In this document: positions 25,027 to 37,284 of the stretch, in pieces
How the letters are laid out: every line of letters begins with the position of its first letter
Numbering within the stretch: position 1 is the stretch's first letter
Source of the DNA: Torpedo marmorata
Lineage: Eukaryota
Length of the DNA stretch: 64,000 nucleotides
Reading direction: 5' to 3'
Assembly (NCBI GenBank): GCA_977017645.1
Contig: OZ360221.1
Location: 97,588,001-97,652,000, forward strand
Position numbers and translations under genes: made by a program
The notes under the pieces: generated by a model
The model's database searches: none
What the model saw: only the letters and a program-made list of their open reading frames with translations
Told to the model about the DNA's origin: nothing

Positions 25027-28000
25027 TATATAAATTAGTTAATTTTTTATCAATCTTTATTCCCAAATATTTAATTCCTTCCTTTGACCATTTAAATTGT
25101 GTAATTTCTTTACATTTACTATAATCCCCTTGTGTCAATGCCATAATTTCACTTTTATCAGAATTAATCTTATAACCAGATATTTCCCCATATTCTCTCA
25201 ATAAAACAGTCAATTGTATTAAAGAAGTAATAGGTTTTGTCATATAAATCAATACATCATCTGCAAATAAACTAATTTTATGCTCTTCTCTTCCAACTTT
25301 AATACCTGCAATCTTAATATCTTATCTAATTAATTCTGCCAAAGGTTCTATTGCTGAAATAAACAATGCTGGCGACAAAGGACATCCTTGTCTAGTTGAC
25401 CTAGTCAAAGAAAATTTTGAAGAAATTTGTCCATTTGTCACCACTTTAGCAGATGGTTCTTTATATATAGTTTTAATCCAATTAATAAATGTAGTAAATG
25501 TTACAGTTGTATCTGCCTCTACAACTATCTATTGGACCTCACTCCATTTATCCACCACCCTCTGTATGAAAAACCTACACCTTACATCCCTTTACAATCT
25601 TTCCCCTCTCACTTCAAACCTACCCCCTCTAGTTTTATGCTCCCCTACCTTGGGAAAGAGACTATGACCACTCACCTGATCTATGCTCCTCAAGATTGTA
25701 TATGCAGTACCTCTAGAAAGTCATCCTCCAGTCTCCTATGTTCCAGGGGAAAAATCCCAGCCTATTCAGCCTCTCTTTGTAACTCAAGTCCTCCAATCTC
25801 AGTAACAGCCTTGTGAATCTTTTCTACATTCTTGCCGACTTCATGACATCCTTACTTTGTTGGGTGACCAGAACTGCACACAATACACAATATTCCAAAT
25901 GTGTCCTCATCAATGTCTTGTGCAGTAGAAACACGACATCCAAACTCCTGTACTCAATGACTTGACCAATCAATGCAAGCCTGTCAAACACCTTCTTCAC
26001 CACCCAGTCTATTTGTGTCACCACTTTCAGGTAACTATGCACCTATATCCGAGGTCTCTCTGTTCACAACACTCTCCAGGGCCCTGTCATTTACAGTGTA
26101 AGTCCTGCCTTCGTTTGACTGACCAATAGAAAACACCTCACACTTGTCCGAGTTAAACTCCATCTGTAGTTCTTGGCCCACTTCCCCGGTAATCCTTCAT
26201 AACTTTCCTCACACTCTAATCTGCCACCATTTATGGTGTTATAAACAAACATATTAGCCATATTAACTACATTGTTAACTATGTTAACGACTTGGATGAC
26301 AAACTACGAGAGACCTAACACCGATCCCAGCAGCACATCACTGGTCACAACCTTTAATCTGAAAAACAACCCTCCATTTCTAAGCTCTGTCTCCTTCCAC
26401 CAAGCAAATTGTAAATCCAAATGGCTAGCTCGCCCTGGATCACGTGATCTAACCTTCCAAACTAGGTATCTTGTCAAAGGCCTTGCCTAAATCCATGTAA
26501 ACTTCTTTCATTGCCCCACCCTGTTCAATCCTCTTTATCACCTCTTCAAAAGACATGCTCAAACCTTGGGTTATTATCCCCAATCAGTCCTTGCCTATCC
26601 AATTCATGTTGTGAGGCTATGGCAGAGCATTTTGGTTCACATAATGATGGTTCACAAAAGTCAGTAAGATTGCCTAGGCAATACAGTACTTATAAAATCA
26701 ACCCTTAGGTTGATGAATACATTCAGCATTTAGTCATGCAAACAGAAGAATATTATAGCAGTGCAAGTCAGAGATGGTTTTGGCAGTAAATCAGATATGT
26801 AAGGAACAACAATGAAAGCTGCTGCAGACAGTCTGAAAAAATGTATATTTATTGTATGTGTTTGAGGGCTTCAGTTTGTCAATGTGAAGTTGCAGAAGAT
26901 TCCAGAAATTAGCCAGGCACACAGTTTAATTATACAATAGCACTACTGGATTAATGGTAGTAATAACATTCTATGGTTTGCCATGCATTGCGGGCACTGT
27001 GAAATAACACACCACACCCCGTCAGGCCTCTCCTGGCCTATCTATGGAAGAATCTGCGATTCCTACACCGGCCTCATCAATCACCCCAGACCTAGAAAGC
27101 TGGAGTTGAAGCCTGAAAAGACAGTTTGCTGTCATTAATCTTCATAGGAGCAGACCCTATGATTTTGTTAATGTAATCAGGGAAAGTATGTTGGTGAAAA
27201 AAAGCAAACAAAGAATAAAAAATAAAAAATCTCTATCAATTCAAATAAAATATCTGAGGGAATTTTAAAAAAAATCAAAAAAACAAACAAATTGAAAATA
27301 TGTATTTGGTTAACTGATGTTCATAACCACATTATTCTTGAAGTATATCCACTCACAACCAGTTCATATGATTGTGTGTAGGAAACATGATTAAGCTTTT
27401 TTGTGACCATATGGTTAATATTAATGTTACATGATTTTGAAGTGGAAACCAACAAGTCAATGGAATAAGATGATTATGGTAAAAACCATAATCATGTTAT
27501 TGTAAAAGCTTGTGGAAACACATGAAGGATGATTACTGGGCTGGAAATTGTAACACACCTATAAAAATACTTTAGCTGGCAGGAAGTGGAGACACTGTAA
27601 ATTATGTCCAAAGTTTCCTTCTGCAAGAGATTTTATGGCACATGAGTCCCAAGGCATTGTGTACAATAGTACATGTCATACATATTCAAACTTGCACAAA
27701 GGGCCTTTTATCTGCAGCTCCTGCATTGTGGGGATTATGGAGGAAATCAGCTGGTCAGCAAAATGAAGATGTAGGGAAGGAGGTGTAGTGAAAAGAATTG
27801 GGGCAGAGAGTGGATCATGGAGAATGGGAGAAAGGAGTTCAGGAGTGGGGAGATGATCAGGGAGAGAGTGGGTTGGTTAGTGAGATATTGGATGATGGGC
27901 GGGATTTGAGAGCATTAGGAAGCGATACATTTGACACCATGGGTGCTGAGAAAGACAACAGGACGGGAGAGAGTTAGGATGATTGAGAAGACACTCAATA

Positions 28001-28945
28001 GTCTTTGGTCTTCAGAGCGCAAAGTGGAGATTGGGGAGGGGGGTGGAAGCAGGTGGTTGATATTAATCACCAAGAAAAATATTCCACAAGACCGCAAGAA
28101 ACAACAGAGGATTGTGAATGAGGCTCAAACCATCACACATCCATCACACATATCCCCTCCCCTCCACCGACTGCATCTATAACTCCTGCTGCCTTGGAAA
28201 AGCAGCCAATGTGCTAAAATACTCCTCCCATCCCAACCACACTCTCTTCACTGCCCTCCTGTCAGGAAGATTCACGAGTGTGATGTCATTGGGGGCTGAA
28301 CGTCCAAGGATACACCGTGTTTCGGAAGGATAGGGACAGGTAGGCAGAGGGGGGGGCGTGGCTCTGCTGGTAAACAACAATATTAAATCATTGGGAAAAA
28401 GGGACAACGGGTCAAGAGGAAGAATCTCTATGGGTTGAGTTAAGGAATGGTAAAGTTAAAAGGATACTAATGGCAATTATATATCGGCTTCCAAACAGCA
28501 GCCAGGATGTGGACTACAAAATATAACTGGAAATAGATAAGGCATGTCAGAAGCACAGCGTTACGATAATCATGGGGGATTTTAACATGAAAGTAGATTG
28601 GGAAAGTTAGGTCGGTTTGGGTTCTCAGGAGAGAGAGTTTGTGGAATGCCTATAGGATCGCTTTTTGGAGCATCTTATTGATGAGCCCACCAGGGGATCG
28701 GCTGTTCTGGATTGTGTGCTGTGTAATGAATCAGCGATGATTAGAGAGCTTAAGGTAAAGGAACCCTTAGGAGGCAGTGATCACAATATGACTGAATTCA
28801 CTTTGAAATTTGAAAAGGAGAGGCTAAAGTCCGATGTGTTGCTTTTTAAGTGGAGTAAAGGAAATTACAGTCGCATGAGAGGAACTGGCCAAAGTCAATT
28901 GGAAAAGTACACTAATGGGGAAGACAGCAGATCAACAATGGCTGG

Positions 28946-30643
28946 ACATTGGAAAGAAATATGTAAACAATGTATAACGAAGATTATTAATGTTAGATAT
29001 AGGTTAGTGCAATATAATTTTTTGCATCAGTTATATTTAACTCCAAAGAAACTAAAAAAATTTAATCCGACATTATCAGGTTTATGTTTTAGATGTAATA
29101 AAGAGGAAGGTTCTTTTGTACATTCAAGATTCAAGATTCAATTTATTGTCATAGCAATAAGACAGTGTCATATACCACAAAATTTCTATTTGTCTGCTGC
29201 AAGGCAGACAGATTCGCTACCGGCAGAAATTGCCTAAGCACCTCTAACATTCCTTACAGTCAGAGAAAGAGAAGCAAAAGAGAGTCCCCCAGAGTCACCG
29301 AGTGTCCATAGATTTGCCTCCAGCGCTTCCGCAGCCACACAGAGTCCAGTCCAAACGATCGGCATCCCGAGCTCCCGATCCGAACCTCCAACATGGTCAG
29401 GTCGCCCTCGGCACCCCCTCGCATCCCGGTTCCGATACCTAGTATTCCTCCAGCCAGTTCGAGCCTATCTCCAGCAGTCCGCAGCCCGTCGTGAGTCCCC
29501 CGACAGCAGTCTCCAGCAGCCCACAGCCTCCGCGGGTTCCTCGCCTCGAGTCGCCAGCAGCCCGCCGCATGCACTGGTCCTTCAGCCTCAGAGCCCCTCA
29601 CTGGTCCGCCGCTGTGCTCACCGTCCTGTGGGTCGTCTCCTCCGCTTCTCCTTCTCAGACGGGGTGATCTTCCCGTCCACTGGTGCCCTGCTCCAGTCCC
29701 CCGCTTCCCCGGAGTCTGCAGCCCCTCATAGCTGCTGCCGACTAATAGGCGCTGCCATCTTGGGCGCAGACCCCACGGTCGCGGGATCTCAATATAAAAC
29801 CACCGTCGGCTCCTTTAACGGGCCGTTCAAAGCCCGTGCGGAACCGACGGCAGTCGACTGTGCGGCTGGACCCCGCGGGAGCGCTCTATCTCCGCTCCCA
29901 CGCTCCTCGCGGGTCCGCACCAGCGGCAGCGCTGCCGTTACAGCGGCTCCGGCAGCGCCGCCATCTTCAACACCCTCTCCCATGGACATTCTACTTGGCT
30001 TTGTCCAAATATATATGATTTTTGGTTGAAAGTTAAAAAGTTTTTAGACAAAGTATTGAGAATTACACTCCCAATGGATCTTAGGATATTTTTGTTTGGA
30101 GATATTAAAAGAATTAGTAGTAAAATGAGATTAAATATGTACCAAATAGAATTTTTGCGAATTGCTTTAGGCATTTCAAAAAAATGCATTGCTATTACAT
30201 GGAAATCTGATGTAAATTTAGGGTTAGAAAGATGGCATGCAGAACTTCATTCAGCTATACCCCTTGAAAAAATTACCTATAATTTACGTAATAAATATCA
30301 TTTCTTTATGAAGGTATGGAGCCCATATATAAAAACTGTGGGTTTAAGGATTTGAAGATCTCTGGATATCAGATCTGACTGGCGAACCTATCTTCCACAA
30401 TAAAATTAGTTTATAGTTGTTCTTTTTTTATGACATTCTCCTTACTCTATCTTTTTCTTTTTTTTTTATTTTTATTTTTATTTTAGTAGATTAATAGGGG
30501 TGGGAGGGTTAGGGAGGGGAGGGAGGGAGGGGGGGTGAAAATGTCTCACATGTATTTTGATAATTTTGTATTTTATTTTATGTATTTTGTTATTTAAAAA
30601 TTTTAAATAAAATATTTAAAAAAAATTATAAAAAATTTAAAAA
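28946..30643 (+). mobile_element. L1-clade 3' end (same family as 21559-25494) containing structured element copy 2
   Basis: HWKEICK...VRYRLVQYNF...CFRC...FVHS|TWLCP...IPLEKITYNLRNK; A-rich tail. Confidence 0.88.
29126..29985 (-). mobile_element. Non-coding GC-rich structured retroelement with Rex/Babar-type tail, copy 2
   Basis: Interrupts the L1 frame at FVHS|TW; candidate TSD ACATTC (29120-29125 / 29986-29991); tail TGACAATAAATTGAATCTTGAATCTT. Confidence 0.88.
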
Positions 30644-32893
30644 ATGAGATTCCACCACCATACATGTCCTCCCCTACACAGTACTATCAAAGATGATACT
30701 AAAAGCTTTTTTAAATATATAAAGAGTAAAAGAGTGACCAAAGTAGACATAGGACCAAGAGAAAACAATGCTGGAGAAATTGTAATGGCAAGGAGATGGC
30801 AGAGGAACAATGAATATTTTGGATCAGTCTTCACAGTGGAAGACATTAGTAGCATACTAATGGGTCTCTGGGAAGAGAAGTGAATGCAGTCAAGATCACG
30901 AGAGAGAAGGTACTTAGGAAGCTAAATGGTCTAAGGGTGGATAAGTCTCCTGGACCAGATGGAATACACCCTCAGGTTCTGAAGGAGGTAGCTGTAGAGT
31001 TTGTGGAGGCATTGGTAATGATCTTCCAGGAATCAATGGATTCTGGCATGGTTCCGGTGCACATGAGGATCGTGAATGTCACTCCGCTGTTTGAGAAGGG
31101 AGCGAGGCAGCAGAAAGGAAATTATAGACCTGTTAGCCTGACGTAAGTGGTTGGGAAGCTGCTGGAGTCAATTGTCAATGATGACGTTACGGAATACCTG
31201 GAGGTGCTTGAAAAAATAGGCCAAAGTCAGCATGGTTTCTCAAAGGAATATCATGCCTGACAAACTTATTGCAATTTTTTGAAGAGATCACAAGTGGGAT
31301 AGACAGGGGAGATGCAGTGGACATTGTGTATTTGAACTTTCAAAACGCCTTCGACAATGTGCCACACATAAGGCTGCTAAACAAGATGAGAGCCCATGGA
31401 ATTACAGGAAGGATACTAGCATGGGTAGAGCATTGGCTGATCGGCAGGAAAGAGAGAGTAGGAATAAAGGGATCCTATTCTGGTTGGCTACCGGTTACCA
31501 ATAGTGTTCTGCAGGGGTCAGTGTTTGGGCCGCTTCTTTTTAGGTTGTATATAAATGATTTGGATTGTGGAATAGATGGTTTTTAGGTTAAATTTGCCGA
31601 TAGTACCAAAATAGGTGATAGGGCGGGTGGTTCTGAGGATACCAAAAGGCTGCAGAGGGACTTGGATAGATTAGGGGAATGGTCAAAGAGGTGGGAGATG
31701 AAATACAATGTTGGAAAGTGTACGGTCATGCACTTTGGTAGAAGAAATAGACAGGCAGACTATTATTTATAAGGGGAGAAAATTCAAAATTCCAAGGTGC
31801 AAAGGGACTTAGGAGTCCTCGTGCAGGATGCCCTTAAGTTTAACCTCCAGGTTGAGCTGGCGCTGAAGAAGGCGAATGCAATGTTGGTATTCATTTCTAG
31901 AGAAATAGCATACAAAAACAGGGATGTAATGTTGAGACTATAAACCACTGGTGAGACCTCACTTGGAGTACTGTGTACAGTTTTGGGCACCTTATTTGAG
32001 AAAAGACATGCTGGCGTTCGAGAGGGTTCAGAGAAGACTTACGAGAATGATACCAGGAATGAAAGGGTTAGCACATGAGGAACGATTGTCAGCTCTTGGA
32101 CTGCACTCGTTGGTGTACAGAAGGATGTGCGGGGACCTCATAGAGGCATTTCAAATGTTGAAAGGCCTGGACAAAGTAGATGTGGCAAGGATGTTTCCCA
32201 TGGTAGGGGAGTCTAGGACAAGAGGGTACAACTTCAGGATAAAATGGCGTCAATTTAAAACAGAGATGCGGAAAAATTTCTTTAATCAGAAGGTCGTGAG
32301 TCTGTGGAACTTGTTGCCATGGGCGGCTGTGGAAGCGAGGTCGTTGGGTGCATTTAAGGCAGAGATTGACAGGTATTTGATTAGTCAGGGCATCAAGGGT
32401 TATGGGGAGAAAGCCAGGGAGTGGGGGTGAGTGGGAGGATGGATCAGCTCGATTAGAATGGTAGAGCAGACTCGATAGGCTAATGGGCCTACTTCTGTTC
32501 ATATATAGTGTGATCATGTACCACTAGATTCAAGGACAGTTTTTTTCCCACCTGAATAAACATCAAAATAGTAAAATGATATTGCCTTTGCTCTGTACCA
32601 TTTGATCTCTGTGTAACTCGGTACTTTTGTATTGTTTCTTACTACCGTATATGAGATGTCGAGCTGGACTGCTTACAAAACAAACTCTATCATTGCATCT
32701 GGGTACATGTCATAATAAACATGAACTTGACTATTTAGTAAACACTCAGCAGGACATGCCAGAAGCAGATCAGATCAGGATATATCCTCTTAAAATAATG
32801 CTGAAAGACCTCAACTCTCCATGTAAGGCCTGCTTCCATGTGTGAAGCCAGTCTTTTTTTTGAGACTCAGATCACAGAATTATTTTGCATGAA

Positions 32894-33499
32894 TGTTGTG
32901 TGTGGAGGAAACGTGGCCTCCCTGCTTGTCTGGAATGTGTATTGCGGGTGGTCACTTGTCCTCCCTGTCTGAAACTTATTCAGAAGTCACATCACCTGTC
33001 AATTAAGGTTGGACTCTGGCCACCCATAAGTGCACGCCTTGCCGTTAGCTAATTTAAATCACCTAGGGTCATTATTGGCTAGAAGCACAGATTAGCACTG
33101 TATATAACACCAATGCATAGCATATTCTTTCCCTCTGCCTCGTGGTCCAAGCCCCGGATCGCTGTATGCCAGGTCACTACTGTGGACATCGCTGGAAATG
33201 TCGCAGGTAAGGTGTGCACTACACTGAAGCTGAGCCGTAGTATTGCGATAGATCAATACTTGCAGAGAGCCGCACCCCCGTTGGTAAGGGAACTGGGTGT
33301 GTGTAAGAGTCGAGTATAGGTTTACCATTGTCTGAGTCCAACTGAAGTCCGAGGTGAATGTCTATATCATCGCTTAAGTGAAATAGTGATCGAGTACCGT
33401 TTAACGTTCTCCCGTTTGTTTCCCATGTGATTGTAACACTTGTGTCCAGACTCGTCTCTCTGTGAACCCACCGAACCTGATACTCTTCCCAACACGACA
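32894..33499 (+). mobile_element. Solo LTR (606 bp) in STEAP1 intron, antisense to the gene
   Basis: TGTTGTG...CACGACA termini, 5-bp TSD ATGAA (32889-32893 / 33500-33504), ATTGG ~33074, TATATAA ~33102, GCAG|GTAAG ~33206. Confidence 0.88.
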
Positions 33500-33933
33500 A
33501 TGAATTACTTCAAAACAGGCATTGGTCACTATTCTATGTCATCTTGCACTTGGAGGATTGGCAAAAAAAAAATCTAGAAACACACTATTGATGCATCACA
33601 TAGTCCAGACCCACTTAGCAATCGAGTTTTTAGTAAAATCCATTGCATAGCACACAAAAAAATGAAGTGCTGTACAATAGAATTTCTAGGTCAAAGTTCT
33701 TTTATGTAAGAAATCTGGGCTGAGATCAGAATAAACTACATTAGGATTAGTGTTGCAGCATGAAATAACTGAATAGTCATGCTCCTTTGTGGATGAAACT
33801 TTATAATGTCCATAATAGGCATAAACAGGCAACTACATTCCTATAACCATGTAAATCCATATGTTATTGCAGTATTTGGTTGCTTTCTGTGAGTGGCCTG
33901 GCACTATATCCATATTAGATGTTAAACTGTCTA

Positions 33934-34554
<621 letters not shown>

Positions 34555-34919
34555 TTAGTTAGTCAACAAAACAAGCAGAAGAATATAGTTTGCATACAGG
34601 TATTGTAACAGTTAAAATACTCCATTCACTTTCTCCAAATTTAAGGTGTACCATGCCTGTCTTTATGTATCTTTGTTTCAGTTTTACTGCAGCCCATTCC
34701 CCCAATATCTTTTTCTAATACGATGAAGATTGGTTCTGCACCTTCATTTGAACCATACTCAAAAAGTCATCACTTGCTGCCAATTTCTACATTGCACCTC
34801 TGACTCTTCTCCTTCCTATCAGGATATCTCCATTTCTGGATATAGACTAGCCACCAACATCTACCACAAGCCCACAGACTCCTTACAAAGTAAATGTTAA
34901 CTTGTTCATTGTTTAGAAA

Positions 34920-37150
34920 TGATTTACCAGGATGTCGCCTGGATTGGAATGTGTTAGCTGTAAGGAGAGGTTGGATAGACTGATTATTTTCTCTGGAGAG
35001 TCAGAGGCTGAGGGTTGACTTGATAGAAGGATATATAAAATTATGAATGGCATGGATAGGGTAGATAGAGTCTTTTTCTGAGGGGATAGGTTTCAGATGA
35101 GAGAGGGAAAGTTTAAAGGGGATGTGCGAGGCAATTTTCTTTTGCATAGAGATCTCCCCTGGAATAGGCTGTCAGGGGAGGTGGTATAACCAGATATAAT
35201 AACATTTAAGAGCCATTTAGACAGACATATTCTCAGGCAGGAGAGTGATGCAAACCATGATTACTTTAGATAAGCATCATGGTTGAAGCAGATATTGTGG
35301 GCCGAAGTGCCTGTTCCGATGCTGTACTTTTGCACATTCTACGTCCCATGTAAATAAAAATAACTTGTAATGGATTATGTTAAATACCATTTTAAAAAGA
35401 TGGATTACTTTAATTATGAAAAAAGGCAGAGTTCTTATCGTTGATCTAATTCGTGAGAGAATAATATGGTGAAGCATACACATAGTAAAATTAGTTCACA
35501 TCTACAATAAAGCTACAATAAAATATAACTGCCATTGTGTACAGATCAAGGATTAGATAATGGCATGTTTCTTTGGCAATTTCAAGGTTTAAAAGGAACT
35601 CATACTGAAAGCATCAGGGAAGACTTGTTTTGAGCTCATTTATTGAAGTAAAACAAATTCAAATTGAAAGAAATAATGAATTCAGGATTTTTCCTTTCAT
35701 CTAAATCCAAATGTTGATCATTCTTGATTTTTTTTTCAAAAATCTGCTCAAAACTGCTTATCAACAGTTTTAGGTTTGGAACTTGTACTACAGGTTTGGG
35801 ATTAGTCATAAATTGTGGCATGTTGTCTTGGATTAAATTTAAACCATAAATGTACTGAATTTGAGAACATTGAGGCAGCAACCATTGACTATATGCCCTC
35901 ATGAGATCTCATAGTTCTATTGTCTTACTGACAAGTCATTCATTTCCAGCATTGTCCAAGAATAACAATGGAAATTTAATTCCTGCTGGTATATTAGGCA
36001 ACAAACAGGAAAACAAAACCAATTTCATTACTGGCTCATCTCATCATGCAGCTGTTTTCTCCTCAGTGTACATTACATTTCCCTTCTCTAAAATTAATAG
36101 ATTAAATAGTGGAAAGGCATACAGCTTCTGTTCATAAAAGCACATGTCCAGCAAAAATATTCATAGACCTAACCAGAGCTCTGTGGGGCAACTTGCTGAA
36201 TTATGCTGACCAAAGAATCCACCTTCCTTATTGCATTTAGAACTCAACTACATAGAGCTCGTCTCCTTTCCTAAGCACATCGTTGGTTTCAATGGTGAAT
36301 CCTTCCGTGGCTTGCGTCAGACTTCTGTCTCATCTCAAACTTTGGTGCTACAGCATGCAGGCACAGATCATAGGAAAGAACAGGGCCTTCAGCCCAACTT
36401 GTGCATACCAACCTATTTGGCATTCTGGGCTAGTCTCATTTCCCTGCATTTGATCCATATCCTTCCTATCTATATATCTGACCAGGTGTCTTCTGAATGT
36501 CAAAATTTGTCCTGCTTCTATAGCTTCCCCTGGTAGCTTGTTCCAGATATGGATCATCCTATGAGTGAAAAAGATTCTGTTCAGGTCCCTCTTAAATCTC
36601 TCCCCTCTCGCCTAAACCCATGCCCTATAAATCTAGAATCATCTATCCTGGGCAAAGACTGAGCATTGATATTATCCATGCCCCTCATGATTTTATAAAC
36701 CTCTATAAGGTCATCCCTCAACCTCCTACTATGCAGGGAATGAAGACCCAGCCTCTCCAAACACTCCCTATAATTCAAGCCAACTTGGTGATTCTCTTCT
36801 TCAGAACTTTCAACTTATTGATGTCCTTTCTTTAAATTTAAAATTTAGACATACAGCACAGTAACAGGCCCTTTTGGCCCACAAGCCCCTGCTGCCTAAT
36901 TACACCCAATTGACCTACACCCCTGGTACATTTTGAACAGTGGGAGGAAATCAGAGCACCCAGAGGAAACCCAAGCAGACATGGGGTTTAACTGGATGAC
37001 TGGACTCCAAGTGTGATCTCCAAAGCCTTGTGCAGCTGAATAATGAGGTCCCAACTTTGGTACTCAATACACCCACCCAATGAAGGCAAGTGTGCCAAAG
37101 GTCTTCTTCACTACCTTGTCCACCTGAGTTGCCACTATTATGAAACTAGC
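34920..37150. mobile_element. Degraded CR1 3' fragments (plus ~34920-35340; minus ~36350-37150, with a partial V-SINE at ~36830-36985); unique DNA between
   Basis: RLRDDLIEVYKIM, WNKLPGE; boundaries approximate. Confidence 0.65.
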
Positions 37151-37284
37151 TCAGGCAGGCAACTTGGTCAGCATGGACAAGTTGGGCCAAAGGATCTGTC
37201 ACCATGTCCCATAACGTCATGACTCTGGAACTGTCTCCCATGAAGGATTGTGGAGCCTAAGTCCTGAGAGTAATTAAAAAGGTA

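Larger units (their letters stand above)
21559..25494 (-). mobile_element. 5'-truncated L1-clade LINE (RT C-terminal part to poly-A) containing a pogo insertion, inserted in a minus-strand CR1 remnant (~21470-26610)
   Basis: TRQGCPLSP, FADDVLIY, SGYKIN, IKYLG, CIPLEKIT; imperfect TSD TAAATGTTA(CA)GTTGT (21545-21558 / 25495-25510). Confidence 0.9.
28285..32506 (+). mobile_element. Older CR1 LINE (degenerate ORF2) interrupted by L1
   Basis: 8-bp TSD AGTGTGAT (28277-28284 / 32507-32514); GGSDHN, DKSPGPDG, NYRPVSLT, RPHLEYCVQFW. Confidence 0.88.
28060..32730 (+). mobile_element. Rex/Babar 3' fragment (~28060-28276 and 32515-32730) split by CR1
   Basis: SHPNHTLFTALLSGR continues after the CR1 with ACTAGATTCAAGGACAGTTTTTT; tail CATAATAAACATGAACTTGA. 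Confidence 0.65.
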
